Shown: positions 13,843 to 23,595 of the stretch, in pieces
Layout of the letters: every line of letters starts with the position of its first letter
How positions within the stretch are numbered: the first letter of the stretch is position 1
Source of the DNA: Alphaproteobacteria bacterium
Lineage (GTDB): Bacteria; Pseudomonadota; Alphaproteobacteria; Bin95
Direction: 5' to 3'
NCBI GenBank assembly: GCA_964291285.2
Contig: OZ219785.1
Coordinates: 256,001-320,000, forward strand
Length of the DNA stretch: 64,000 bases
The notes under the pieces: model-generated
What the model saw: the letters and a program-made list of their open reading frames with translations, nothing else
What the model was told of the DNA's origin: nothing
Database searches by the model: none
Translations under genes and position numbers: made by a program

Positions 13843-14841
13843 CTATTTCACCAGGCCTTTTTCCTTGTAGTACTTCTCGGCGCCGGAATGCAGGGGCGCG
13901 GAGAGTCCGTCCATCGTCATGTTCGCCGGATCGAGATTGGCGAAGGCGGGATGCAGGGACCGGAAGTCGTCGAGGTTCTCCATCACCGCGCGGGTAACCT
14001 CATAGACCACCTGCTCGGGCACATTCTCATGCGTGACAAAGGTTGCCATGACGCCGAAGGTCGTCACGTCCTCGGCGGTCGTCTTGTAGGTGCCCGCCGG
14101 GATCGTCGCGAACGCATAGTAGGGATTCTCCGCGACCAGCTTCTTCTCGACATCGCTGTTGAGGTTGACGATGTAGGCTCCGCACCCGTCGGTTGCCACG
14201 GCAACGCCCGCATTCGGCACGCCGACCGTGTAGCCGTAGGCGTCGATCTTGCCGTCGCAGAGCGCCTGGGACTGTTCGGACGAGGTCAGCTCGGTTGCCA
14301 CCGCCAGGTCATCCGCGCTCATGCCGTGGCCTTCCATCAGCACCTCGGTCGTGCCGCGCTGGCCCGAGCCGGGATTGCCGATATTCATCCGCTTGCCCTT
14401 GGCGTCGGTGAAGGAGCCGATGCCGGAGCCGTCGGCGGCGATCAGGTGGAAGGGCTCGGGATGGACCGAGAAGACAGCCCGCAGGCCGGGGCAATTCGTG
14501 ACCTTCTCCGAACTGCCGTTGACCGCGTGGAACTGCCAGTCGGACTGGGCGACGCCGAATTCGAGCTCGCCCGCGCAGATCTGGCCGATATTGTAAGTCG
14601 AACCGCCGGTGGACGGGGCGGCGCAGCGGATACCGTGCTTGCGGCCCTTCTTCCGGCCTTCCGCGGCTTCCTTGTGGACCATGCGGCATACGGAGTTGCC
14701 GACCACGAAATAGACGCCCGTCGGGCCGCCCGTGCCGATGGAGATGAATTGTTTGTCCTGGGCCGCGGCATCACCCGCGGCGAAGCTGGCGCCAACCAGG
14801 GCGGCGGCCGCCAGCGCAGTTGTGGGGATGAACTTTCTCAT
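13843..14841 (-). CDS. TAXI-family TRAP solute-binding protein
   Basis: Signal peptide, ISIGTGGPTGVYF, STGGSTYN, AQSD, GNPGSGQR, PLHSGA motifs. Confidence 0.92.
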   Translation of the reverse strand: MRKFIPTTALAAAALVGASFAAGDAAAQDKQFISIGTGGPTGVYFVVGNSVCRMVHKEAAEGRKKGRKHGIRCAAPSTGGSTYNIGQICAGELEFGVAQSDWQFHAVNGSSEKVTNCPGLRAVFSVHPEPFHLIAADGSGIGSFTDAKGKRMNIGNPGSGQRGTTEVLMEGHGMSADDLAVATELTSSEQSQALCDGKIDAYGYTVGVPNAGVAVATDGCGAYIVNLNSDVEKKLVAENPYYAFATIPAGTYKTTAEDVTTFGVMATFVTHENVPEQVVYEVTRAVMENLDDFRSLHPAFANLDPANMTMDGLSAPLHSGAEKYYKEKGLVK

Positions 14842-15479
14842 GGCATCTGCTCCTCTGCAGTGTCGTCTGCACAACGGTAAACGCGGAATGCGACAGATCT
14901 CTTTCGGTCTTGCCTCGCTTGTCGGCGCAGGGCGTACTCCCGGAACATCAGGAGCAACACGTCTTCGGGTCGAGTGAGCCTTCGCCGGGGATTCGGGAAA
15001 AGGCGGAAGTCACGTCGCCGGCTCGCGTCGCAATGACCGTCGGTATCATAGTTAGGCATAGCGGTATGAAAAAGGGGGCGGCCGTGCGGTGCAGTCCAAC
15101 CGGCCTTGCCGTCGGTGCCTATCCGGTGCGAACACCGCCTCCTCTTTGTCGGCGCGCCGGCCGATCAGCAGGTTCATGCCGTCGCCGGCACCCTCCGGCG
15201 GGAAAACCTCCTCCCGCTCGTTCTCCCCGAAGTCATCTCCGGTGCTCCTCGTCACTGATGCGTTCGTGACCGGGCAGCATGGAGGAGGACGAGGGGGTAT
15301 TCATCTCTCGTGACAGGCCGCGGCGGGCGACATGACAGACTCTACTGTCGTTAAGCACCCGGCTCTGACCCTTCATGATTGAATGCAATCAATCGCTTAT
15401 GGCGCTGATCGGCGTCCAAGCACCGCGCCGGGCAACACCTTTGGGCGATTTCGAACGCCAAGGTGTTGTTGGACCGAGT

Positions 15480-15715
15480 CGATGCTCTAGAGAACCGCCC
15501 GAAACGCCGCCGCGTCACCCATTCCGGGCTGCGATTGCCCATCCCGGACGACCCGGAAGAGGGGTGCCCCGGTGAGCGCGCGGGCACTCTCCTCCGCTTC
15601 GCTGAGCACGGTGTCGAGGGTGGCGTTGATGCGCGGGATGGCCACGTTTAGGGTGGAGATGGGCCCGCACAGCGTCCGGTTCTCCCGCCTCGCGTCGTCG
15701 GACTGCGTCAGGGCA
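15480..15715 (-). pseudogene. Possible remnant of a GAF-domain sensor/regulator
   Basis: Fragment ...ISTLNVAIPRINATLDTVLSEAEESARALTGA resembles GAF N-terminal helices; no intact gene. Confidence 0.3.
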
Positions 15716-15734
15716 CCTCCCTTTCCGATCTAGC

Positions 15735-16031
15735 TCATTTTTATTGAAACGACATCATAAAATCGATTGCTCACACGTACATTTTACACATGATGTTCTA
15801 CAGTCGAGCAGAATTGGCTTGCTGGTTCGACGAAACGGAATGCTGCGGGGTCGGCAGCCGGTGCATGTCGTGCTGGATACTGCGCCAGCGCGGCTTCCTT
15901 GAGGCGGCGGAACCGGATGCTTCGCCGCTGGCGTTGCAACTGCGTGAGGTTCCCATATTCGCAGACAATCTCGGCAACGAGCCACGAACCGGGGTGGCTC
16001 CCGGCCCCGCGTCGCCTCCGACCGCCGCAAG
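15735..16031 (+). repeat. 297-bp repeat, left copy (promoter/leader of left RiPP operon)
   Basis: Reverse complement of 29945-30241 with about 3 mismatches by manual comparison. Confidence 0.95.
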
Positions 16032-16052
16032 CAAGTCGGGCGAGGCGCCGTC

Positions 16053-17171
16053 ATGAACTTCGAAGAGGGACTGGTTGTCACGCAGGAGCGCCTTTCCCGC
16101 GAGGCAGGTTCCCTGGGGGAATTGCTTGCACGGCTGCGCGGCCGTATTTCCTCCGTGCTGATCGGAGACCGGGAATGGGAGCAGCTCCTGGAACGCGCCC
16201 GGGAGCTCCCCGCCGCCATGGCCGCCTTGCCCTTCGGCTTCGAACTGCCGCTGCACGAACGCCGTCCGGGAGCCGACCTCGGCGTATCGGTAGTCGGCGG
16301 AACCGGATCGGCCGTGTATTTCGAAAACATGGTCCGGTCCGGAAACGAAGATCCGGTCGTCTCCGGAATCGTAGGGCTGCTGCGCGAGACGGAGCGGGAT
16401 GACTCTCATCTCGGTCAGGTCATCGGCCGCAAGATGATGCTCGAATACGACGTCTGGTCAGCGCCAGGCGGCACGCGCCCGGCCCCGGGGATCTTCCTGC
16501 GGCCGGCCGAACGGCCCATCGCGGGCGATGGCGATGCGGGGCGGATTCGGGATATCGGTGTCGTGCTGGCGGCCTTGGCCTCCGCCGCGGGGTGGAACCT
16601 CGATGCTGCCGAGCGCCGGTTGACCGAGCGCGTTCACCTGGCGCAGCCGGCGGATACGCGCATCGATTCCTTCGGCGTGTTTCCCGCGCGCGAACAAGCC
16701 ATCCGGCTGGCGGTAACCGGTTTTCGGTCTCTGCACGACGTCGCGGCGTTTCTGGAGCGCGCCGGCTGGCGCGGGGGAACGGTCCTCTCCACTGCGTCCG
16801 GTCTCGAACAACGCGGCGGCTTTGCGAGCCTCGGGGCCCACATCGACGTACGGGCCGACGGCCCGGGTCCTTCGCTCGGGCTGAGTTTCCTCGCGAAGCA
16901 CCGAATAGCCAACGACCCGAGCTATTGGCTGGACTGCCCCGATCAGTGGACAACCTTCCTGGATGGGTTGCGTCGGGAAGAACTTGCCGTCCCGGAGAAA
17001 CTGGATGCGCTGGCCGCATGGTCGCCGGGTCCGACGACATTGTTCGGTGCGTCCGGGGCATTCGTGCTGGTGCGGGGCATTCACCATATAAAGCTCGTGC
17101 TGACCGGGGACCGGGTCGCGCAAGTCAAGGCCTACCTTTTCATGGCGATGACCGCCGCGCCACCCCCCTAG
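16053..17171 (+). CDS. Uncharacterised RiPP tailoring enzyme, putative ABBA-fold prenyltransferase
   Basis: FGFELPL..ADLGV, MLEYD, PGIF, IRLAV, HIDV...GPSLGLSF, HHIKLV...VKAYL pattern; lies inside the NHLP cluster. Function inferred. Confidence 0.55.
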   Translation: MNFEEGLVVTQERLSREAGSLGELLARLRGRISSVLIGDREWEQLLERARELPAAMAALPFGFELPLHERRPGADLGVSVVGGTGSAVYFENMVRSGNEDPVVSGIVGLLRETERDDSHLGQVIGRKMMLEYDVWSAPGGTRPAPGIFLRPAERPIAGDGDAGRIRDIGVVLAALASAAGWNLDAAERRLTERVHLAQPADTRIDSFGVFPAREQAIRLAVTGFRSLHDVAAFLERAGWRGGTVLSTASGLEQRGGFASLGAHIDVRADGPGPSLGLSFLAKHRIANDPSYWLDCPDQWTTFLDGLRREELAVPEKLDALAAWSPGPTTLFGASGAFVLVRGIHHIKLVLTGDRVAQVKAYLFMAMTAAPPP

Positions 17172-17216
17172 ACGAGTATCGGCCGGGCGTCACCCGCACC
17201 CGATATCCACAGCCGG

Positions 17217-18107
17217 ATGGAGAGCAAATTGCCCCGACCGCACGATGTCGATCACATGCGCGCCGTCGAGCGCCACTACACCAGCATGACCGAGAAGTTC
17301 TATCTGAACGGCTGGAACCGGGACCATAATCATCTCGGGCTGTTCGAGCCGGGAGAACTGCCCCCGCCGGGCCAGAAGCCCCGGCATTCGGCAGGAGTAG
17401 CAAGGGCGGTGGAACGCATGATCGACGTCGTGGCCGGACCTGCCGCGATTGCGGAACACCATCATGTGGTGGATGCCGGATGCGGCGTTGGCGGTACCGC
17501 CATTCATCTCGCAAAAGCACATGGTTGCAGGGTCACCGGCGTGAACATCAACCGGCTCCAACTGGAGATCGCGCAGAAGAAAGCGATGGATGCGGGCGTT
17601 GCCGACCGGGTCGGCCTCGAATATGCGGACTGCTGCCGGAGCCTGCCCTTTGCCGACAATACAATCGACGTCGTGGTCAACATCGAAAGCGCCTGCCACT
17701 ACAGCGACCGGGAACGATTTCTCCGCGAGGTCCATAGAATCCTCAAGCCCGGCGGAAAAATCGTTGCGATGGACTGGATGGCGCGGGACCGTCTGTCGAC
17801 CGAACAGTACGACCGGTTCATCCGGCCGGTCTGCCAGTCATGGGCGATGGTCAGTCTGGAATGCCAGGCCACCTACACCGCCAAGCTGCAGGAGGCGGGC
17901 CTGGAGATCGTGGAGTTCGAGGGTTTCGGCGGGAAGGAAATGGACAACCTGAAAATCATCGAGAACGACTATCGCAACCTTACGCTCATGTATTTCGGCG
18001 GATTCGGGACGCCGCCGTTTCTTGAGCTGATGGAGGGGATCGGCAGACTGTACGCGGCCTGGCGAGACGGTTATTTCGAGATCAGGCGCTATTGTGCGCA
18101 GAAGTGA
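17217..18107 (+). CDS. Class I SAM-dependent methyltransferase (sterol/tocopherol/prenyl-MT-like)
   Basis: HLGLF, VDAGCGVGG, LPFADNTIDVV, ESACHY, RILKPGG. Confidence 0.9.
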   Translation: MESKLPRPHDVDHMRAVERHYTSMTEKFYLNGWNRDHNHLGLFEPGELPPPGQKPRHSAGVARAVERMIDVVAGPAAIAEHHHVVDAGCGVGGTAIHLAKAHGCRVTGVNINRLQLEIAQKKAMDAGVADRVGLEYADCCRSLPFADNTIDVVVNIESACHYSDRERFLREVHRILKPGGKIVAMDWMARDRLSTEQYDRFIRPVCQSWAMVSLECQATYTAKLQEAGLEIVEFEGFGGKEMDNLKIIENDYRNLTLMYFGGFGTPPFLELMEGIGRLYAAWRDGYFEIRRYCAQK

Positions 18108-18196
18108 GAAACCGTCCGCCGGCCCTGCGCAACCGGCTTTCCATCTGCGTGCGACCGCGAAGACGGACGCCGAGGGCTCCGTGACGCAGATCCGAT

Positions 18197-19066
18197 CTAG
18201 GGAGCCCTCCGGCCCGACAGGAGCCGGTAGGTGAACGCGCCGCGGCGCAGCCCCTCATCGAAATCCAGCGCTGCCTGCATGAAGTCGAGCCATGGTCGCC
18301 GCTCCTCGCCCGGGTGAGGATTCGCAAACCGGTACAGAAGCCAGCTTGCCCTGGTTGCCTGCGCCGATGGCGCCACCTCCGCATCCAGCTTCCTTGCCTC
18401 CCCGCCCTCAAGTTCCGCTTTTTCGAGGTCTGCAAGCGCCTGGCGCCATGTGACGAGCGGCGGCATGCGGAAGCCCTGCTGCATCCTTGCGTGGACCTCT
18501 TCCAGTTTCGGAGAAAGCGGCCGGCCGCTCAGCAACCCTTCCAGGGCCTGCCACCGCCCCCCGGGCTTGAGCACCCGGCGGACGCCTCGAAGATACGCAA
18601 CCTTGTCGGGCGCGTAGCAGAAGGACTCGTGGTTGATCACGGCGTCGAAACTCGCATCGGCGAACGGCAGGTCCATGAAGTCCCCGTGGAGAAACTCGAC
18701 CAGATGGCCGACCCCTCGTCGCTCCGCCTGCTTTGCCGCTACGGCGACATGCGGTTCGCAGTTGGTCAATCCCGTGACGTTGACCCCGTGCGTTTCAGCC
18801 AGGTAGATCGCCGTACCCCCCACGCCGCAGCCGGCATCCAGCCAATGCGCTCCCGGCTCCAGGTTGCATCCCTCGGCCAGCACCCGGTTGGCCCGCAACA
18901 GGGCTTCGCGGTCCGTCCCGGTGTCCGGGCCCCAAAGCCCGAAATGGCACGCCAGCAGGTCCCCGTTCGACACAATCATCGCCGGCGTTATTGCCGTGTA
19001 GAGGTCGGGGACGGACAGCTCCGTCTGCGCCTCCCCGGACGATCGGCTGGAAGCGCCGCCGGTCAT
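18197..19066 (-). CDS. Class I SAM-dependent methyltransferase (paralog of 17217-18107)
   Basis: HFGLW, LDAGCGVGG, LPFADASFDAV, ESFCY, RVLKPGG; ATG overlaps the MMPL stop (ATGA). Confidence 0.88.
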   Translation of the reverse strand: MTGGASSRSSGEAQTELSVPDLYTAITPAMIVSNGDLLACHFGLWGPDTGTDREALLRANRVLAEGCNLEPGAHWLDAGCGVGGTAIYLAETHGVNVTGLTNCEPHVAVAAKQAERRGVGHLVEFLHGDFMDLPFADASFDAVINHESFCYAPDKVAYLRGVRRVLKPGGRWQALEGLLSGRPLSPKLEEVHARMQQGFRMPPLVTWRQALADLEKAELEGGEARKLDAEVAPSAQATRASWLLYRFANPHPGEERRPWLDFMQAALDFDEGLRRGAFTYRLLSGRRAP

Positions 19067-21435
19067 GCTTCGGGCCGATGCCGGCGCTTCGACTTCAGGG
19101 AAGGGCTTTCGCCGCCGGCGCCGCGATCGACGGCCATGAGCAGCGACGGCAGGTGCGTCAGGTCGGCGAGCAGCGCGAACCCGATGATCATTGCGATGAG
19201 CAGGCCGACCTGAGCGGTGGGGATGAATGGTGAGAGCACCAGAATGAGGAATCCCGCCACAAATATGACCGTGGTCGTCGCGAGCGCCTGTCCAACCGAC
19301 CGGAACGCGCAACGGACGGCGTCTTCCGCCGTGCAGTCGCGCTCGCGCCGGGCGCGCTGGTATTTGCTCAGGAAGTGCACCGTGTCATCGACCACAATCC
19401 CGATCGTGATGGCCACCACCACGGATAATGCGAGCCCGACCTGCCCCACCGCCAGGCCCCAGACGCCAAACGCCAGGATTGCGGGGGCGAAGTTGGGCAC
19501 GAGGCTGACGATGCCCAGCCGGAACGAACGCAATGCAAACAGAAGAACAATGGAAATGCCGAGAAGGGCAACCGAGGTTCCAAGCAGCATCGCCCGGATG
19601 CTCCGCTGGCCGATATGCCCGAACAGGAGCGCCGGGCCGGAACTGTCAACATGCACGATGCGGGATGCATTGGCTTGCAGCCAGGCCTCGGCGCGCCCGT
19701 TCAATTCAATGACATCCTGCGACGACAGCGTCTGCGTCGTCACCGTCATCCGGGTCGCAGACCGGTCGGGGTCGATCCGGTCGTTCAGGTTGCGGCCCTG
19801 TGGAAGCGAAAACTCGTAGAGCAGGAGGTATTGGGTGGCGAGTTCCCGATTCGCGGGCAGGCGATAGGCCTCCGGATCGTCGCCATGCATGCTCTTGTTG
19901 AGTTGCCGAAAGGTATCGGTGATGACTTCGACGTGCCGCGTCTCCGGCTGTTCGCGATACCAGTCGGCGAAGGCGGCCACTTCGGCCAGAAAGGCCGGGT
20001 CGGTCACATCTCCCGGTCGGCCCGCCGCCAGCGAATACTCGAATTGCGTGGTGCCGCTCAGCCGCTTGTCCAGGAAATCGGTATCTTTACGGACCTGAGT
20101 GCTCTCATCGAAAGAGTGCACCAATACGTCGTTCAGTTCATTGCGCGGAACTGCTGCCAGCAAGGCGAGCACGACCGCCGCCGATCCCCACATCAGGATC
20201 TTCCGTCGGCCGACCACGAATTCGGCCATGGCCGTCATCACCCGACTGTCGCGTTCCCTGGCGGCCGGTGTGCTTCGCAACGGCAGAAGCGACAGCAAAG
20301 CCGGCAGAAAGGCGATCGAGAGCGGGAACGCGGCGACGATGCCGAACGCCACGAAGTTCCCGAGATCGCGGTGGGGCGGAACCTCGGAGAAGTTCAGGCT
20401 CAGAAAACCGAGTGCGGTAGTCAGGTTGGTCAGAAAGATCGGATGCAGGTTGATCCTTACGGCTTCGATGATTGCCGCGCGCCTGGCATCGCCGGCGCGC
20501 AGGCGCTGTCGCAAGGCAACCAGCAGATGCACACAGTTGGCGACCACGATCATCATTACGATGCTCGGCGCCGGAGTAGCGGTAGGCGAGAGGGGCAGGC
20601 CGGTCCAGCCGCCCAGCCCCATCGATACGATGACCGAAAAGACAATCGCAAGCACTGTCGCCGCAACTCCCGCAATACTCCGGGTCAGGAGTCCGAGGAT
20701 CACGACCATGACCGCGAGGCTTGCAGGCAGAAAGACCTTGTGGTCGTTGACCGATGCTTCCGAAAAGGCGTGGTTGATGACGACCGTCCCAACCGCTCGG
20801 AACCCGATGCCGGGGAACCGTTCCTCCGCTTCCGCAACCACGCCGTCAGCAAATGCGGCGATCTCGGGCACCCGAACCGCCTGATCTTCTTCGACCAGCT
20901 CGACGGTTACGTTGACGGCGCTGACGCTTCCGTCCCGGGACACCAGACTTCCTGCGAGGCCGAGGTCGGCCAGGGCAATGTCACGGACCCGGATACGCTC
21001 CCGTTCCTGGCCCAACAGCGCCGGATCCACGAGGTTCCGTACGGATAACTCATCTCCATCTGCGGTAATGCGCTGGAAATTCGCCATCGAATCGACGCGC
21101 TTGGAGTATGGCGTCTGCCACGCACGCTCAGTGAGCCAAACCAAAGCTTCGAGCGCCTGTTCCGACGTGGCGTCGCCACCATCCGGAACGATCATGAAGA
21201 GGATGTTGTCAGTTTTCCCGTAGGTGCTTTCCAGCGCTTCGTACGCCAGAAGTTCAGGATTGTCCTTGCTGAAGAATATGCGGTAGTCGGTCGTGAAATT
21301 CAGAAACAGGCAGCCGCTTCCGGCCAACAGAACCAAAATCGTACCGACTGCGATGACAGGCCAGCGGAAAGCGACCGCCCACCGGGCGCACCGTTCTTCG
21401 AGCTTGAGGGTCCGGACATCGGGCGTCTCTGCCAT
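19063..21435 (-). CDS. MMPL/RND-superfamily exporter
   Basis: Two repeats of TM bundle plus periplasmic domain; PIFLTNLTTALGF, GIVVDDTVHFL. Confidence 0.88.
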   Translation of the reverse strand: MAETPDVRTLKLEERCARWAVAFRWPVIAVGTILVLLAGSGCLFLNFTTDYRIFFSKDNPELLAYEALESTYGKTDNILFMIVPDGGDATSEQALEALVWLTERAWQTPYSKRVDSMANFQRITADGDELSVRNLVDPALLGQERERIRVRDIALADLGLAGSLVSRDGSVSAVNVTVELVEEDQAVRVPEIAAFADGVVAEAEERFPGIGFRAVGTVVINHAFSEASVNDHKVFLPASLAVMVVILGLLTRSIAGVAATVLAIVFSVIVSMGLGGWTGLPLSPTATPAPSIVMMIVVANCVHLLVALRQRLRAGDARRAAIIEAVRINLHPIFLTNLTTALGFLSLNFSEVPPHRDLGNFVAFGIVAAFPLSIAFLPALLSLLPLRSTPAARERDSRVMTAMAEFVVGRRKILMWGSAAVVLALLAAVPRNELNDVLVHSFDESTQVRKDTDFLDKRLSGTTQFEYSLAAGRPGDVTDPAFLAEVAAFADWYREQPETRHVEVITDTFRQLNKSMHGDDPEAYRLPANRELATQYLLLYEFSLPQGRNLNDRIDPDRSATRMTVTTQTLSSQDVIELNGRAEAWLQANASRIVHVDSSGPALLFGHIGQRSIRAMLLGTSVALLGISIVLLFALRSFRLGIVSLVPNFAPAILAFGVWGLAVGQVGLALSVVVAITIGIVVDDTVHFLSKYQRARRERDCTAEDAVRCAFRSVGQALATTTVIFVAGFLILVLSPFIPTAQVGLLIAMIIGFALLADLTHLPSLLMAVDRGAGGESPSLKSKRRHRPEA

Positions 21436-21645
21436 GCTCACGCCCACCGCAAGCGAACGCCCCGCAAACGGGCACGACCGCCCGTCTTCAACATTGCTGC
21501 AACGCGGCGGTGGAAATCGCGGCCGGACGGGCAATCGGCGGCTTGCGCCATGCGGCGTCGGCGCTCACCGTTCACGCCCGCAAGCGCCGATAGTCTGGAG
21601 CCGCCCCGAGTTCGGCTTCACCGGCCCCGGGGCAGCAAGACTGCG

Positions 21646-21900
21646 TCAAGTTCCGCAGCAGCACCAACCGGCGGAGATTGCCTCAAGCTGTTCTTCATTC
21701 AGCACCGGCGTCGGCGGCAGTGCAAGATGAACGGTCTGCATGTCGCTCTCATGCACCTTGATCTCGGTGCTGTCCGGAACGGTGATCCCGAACTCTTGAC
21801 TCAGGACACCTTTGGGATCGGACACAAGCTGGGCTCGGAAGTCTGCATCTTCAACGGCTTTCTGAGTCAACAGCGAAAGCGTTTCCTCTGCAGTTTGCAT
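21646..21900 (-). CDS. NHLP-family RiPP precursor, core WCCCGT
   Basis: KAVEDADFRAQLVSDPKGVL...IKVHE...VHLALP nitrile-hydratase-like leader; LNEEQLEAISAG double-Gly-type cleavage motif; strong RBS AAGGAGAAGGAGG. Confidence 0.92.
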   Translation of the reverse strand: MQTAEETLSLLTQKAVEDADFRAQLVSDPKGVLSQEFGITVPDSTEIKVHESDMQTVHLALPPTPVLNEEQLEAISAGWCCCGT

Positions 21901-21932
21901 AGCTGGCCTCCTTCTCCTTTACGGTCACGCTC

Positions 21933-23384
21933 GGTCGTGTCCCCAGGGGTGGTGTAGGAGCTGAAGCTTCCGGTGGTAGCTGTGGGTAAGTGGCCCGCCG
22001 CCGCGACCGTCTGGAGTCAGGCGGCGGCGGGCCACTTACCCACAGCGGAGGCCATCGCGGTGCCGGTTAGGGTTGGGCTGTCACAGTCCACCTGACCGGA
22101 GGAGTACCACGATGACCACCACCGACATGATGACCCTGCGGGCGCTGTTGGAGAAGAGTTCCGACGCCGACCTGCTTCGCGAGATGATCGGGTTCACGGC
22201 CGCGCGTCTGATGGCGCTTGAGGTTGAGGGCCTTGCGGGCGCCGCGCACGGCGAGCGCTCGCCGGACCGGATCACGCAGCGCAACGGCTACCGGGACCGG
22301 GTCTGGGAGACGCGGGCCGGCACGGTCGAACTGAAGATCCCGAAGCTGCGCAAGGGGAGCTACTTCCCGGGCTTCCTTGAACCGCGGCGGATGGCGGAGA
22401 AGGCGCTGACGGCGGTGATCCAGGAGGCCTACATCAAGGGCGTATCGACCCGCTCGGTGGACGACCTGGTGCAGGCGATGGGCATGTCGGGCATCTCCAA
22501 GAGCCAGGTGTCGCGGCTGTGCGGCGAGATCGACGACAAGATCCGCGACTTCCTCGACCGGCCGCTGGAGGGCGACTGGCCGTATCTCTGGCTTGACGCG
22601 ACCTATGTGAAGATGCGCGAGGCCGGGCGCGTCGTCTCGGTCGCGGTCACCATCGCGGTGGCGGTCAACGATCAGGGCCGGCGCGAGGTGCTCGGCATGG
22701 CGATCGGCGCGTCCGAGGCCGAGACCTTCTGGACCGACTTCCTGCGCTCGCTCGCCCGCCGCGGCCTGCGCGGCGTCAAGCTGGTGATCTCCGACGACCA
22801 CAAGGGCCTGAAGGCCGCCGCCACCCGCATCTTCGGCGCCACCTGGCAGAGATGCCGCGTCCACTTCATGCGCAACCTGCTCGCCCATGCCGGCAAGCAG
22901 GGCCGGCGCGTCGTCTCCGCCTTCGTCACTACCGCCTTCGCCCAGGAGGATGCAGACAGCGCCTCCGCCCAGTGGCGCCAGGTCGCCGACCAGCTCAGGC
23001 CCAAGGCGCCAAAGCTCGCCGCCATCATGGACGAGGCCGAGCACGATGTTCTCGCCTACATGACCTTCCCGGCCGCGCACCGCGCCAAGCTGCACTCGAC
23101 AAACCCGCTCGAACGCCTCCACGGCGAGATCAAGCGGCGCACAAACACCGTCGGCATCTTCCCCAACGAGGACGCCATCACCCGGCTGATCGGCGCAATC
23201 CTGCTCGAGCAGAACGATGAATGGGCAGTCCAGAGAGCCAGATACATGACACTGGAATCCATCGCTCCCGTGAGCGACAATACAACCGTCAAGTTGCCCG
23301 CCGTGGCAGCCTGAGCGTTCCGGCCCTACCCGCCGGACACCGCTACGGACGCCAGGCTCTTACACCACCCGCGGGGGCACGATC
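21933..23384 (+). mobile_element. IS256-family insertion sequence
   Basis: Imperfect ~29-bp IRs (GGTCGTGTCCCCAGGGGTGGTGTAGGAGC vs GATCGTGCCCCCGCGGGTGGTGTAAGAGC); 8-bp TSD TCACGCTC (21925-21932 / 23385-23392). Confidence 0.93.
22112..23314 (+). CDS. IS256-family transposase
   Basis: [50 protein letters not shown]. Confidence 0.95.
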   Translation: MTTTDMMTLRALLEKSSDADLLREMIGFTAARLMALEVEGLAGAAHGERSPDRITQRNGYRDRVWETRAGTVELKIPKLRKGSYFPGFLEPRRMAEKALTAVIQEAYIKGVSTRSVDDLVQAMGMSGISKSQVSRLCGEIDDKIRDFLDRPLEGDWPYLWLDATYVKMREAGRVVSVAVTIAVAVNDQGRREVLGMAIGASEAETFWTDFLRSLARRGLRGVKLVISDDHKGLKAAATRIFGATWQRCRVHFMRNLLAHAGKQGRRVVSAFVTTAFAQEDADSASAQWRQVADQLRPKAPKLAAIMDEAEHDVLAYMTFPAAHRAKLHSTNPLERLHGEIKRRTNTVGIFPNEDAITRLIGAILLEQNDEWAVQRARYMTLESIAPVSDNTTVKLPAVAA

Positions 23385-23595
23385 TCACGCTCGGGATATC
23401 TGGCGCATGCCGCCAGTCAGCAACCGATATAACAGCGTATCGGATGATGACGTAAGTTGCAATCTGTTATCCCGATATCATCCAATCGACAGCGATGACC
23501 GAGAGTGCGAACGCCGCGACGCGCCCGGCGGCGACCTGGGCTCGATGATGGTCACGGCCGTGGTCGAGGGTTGGACGCTCGGTCCCGACCGCGTT

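Noticed and set aside
15052-15255. 67-aa acidic ORF upstream of TAXI
   Set aside because: No recognisable motif; cannot support as a gene
15790-16056. Cys-rich ORF as a second RiPP precursor
   Set aside because: No NHLP or double-Gly leader and no clear RBS; kept only as a possible leader peptide
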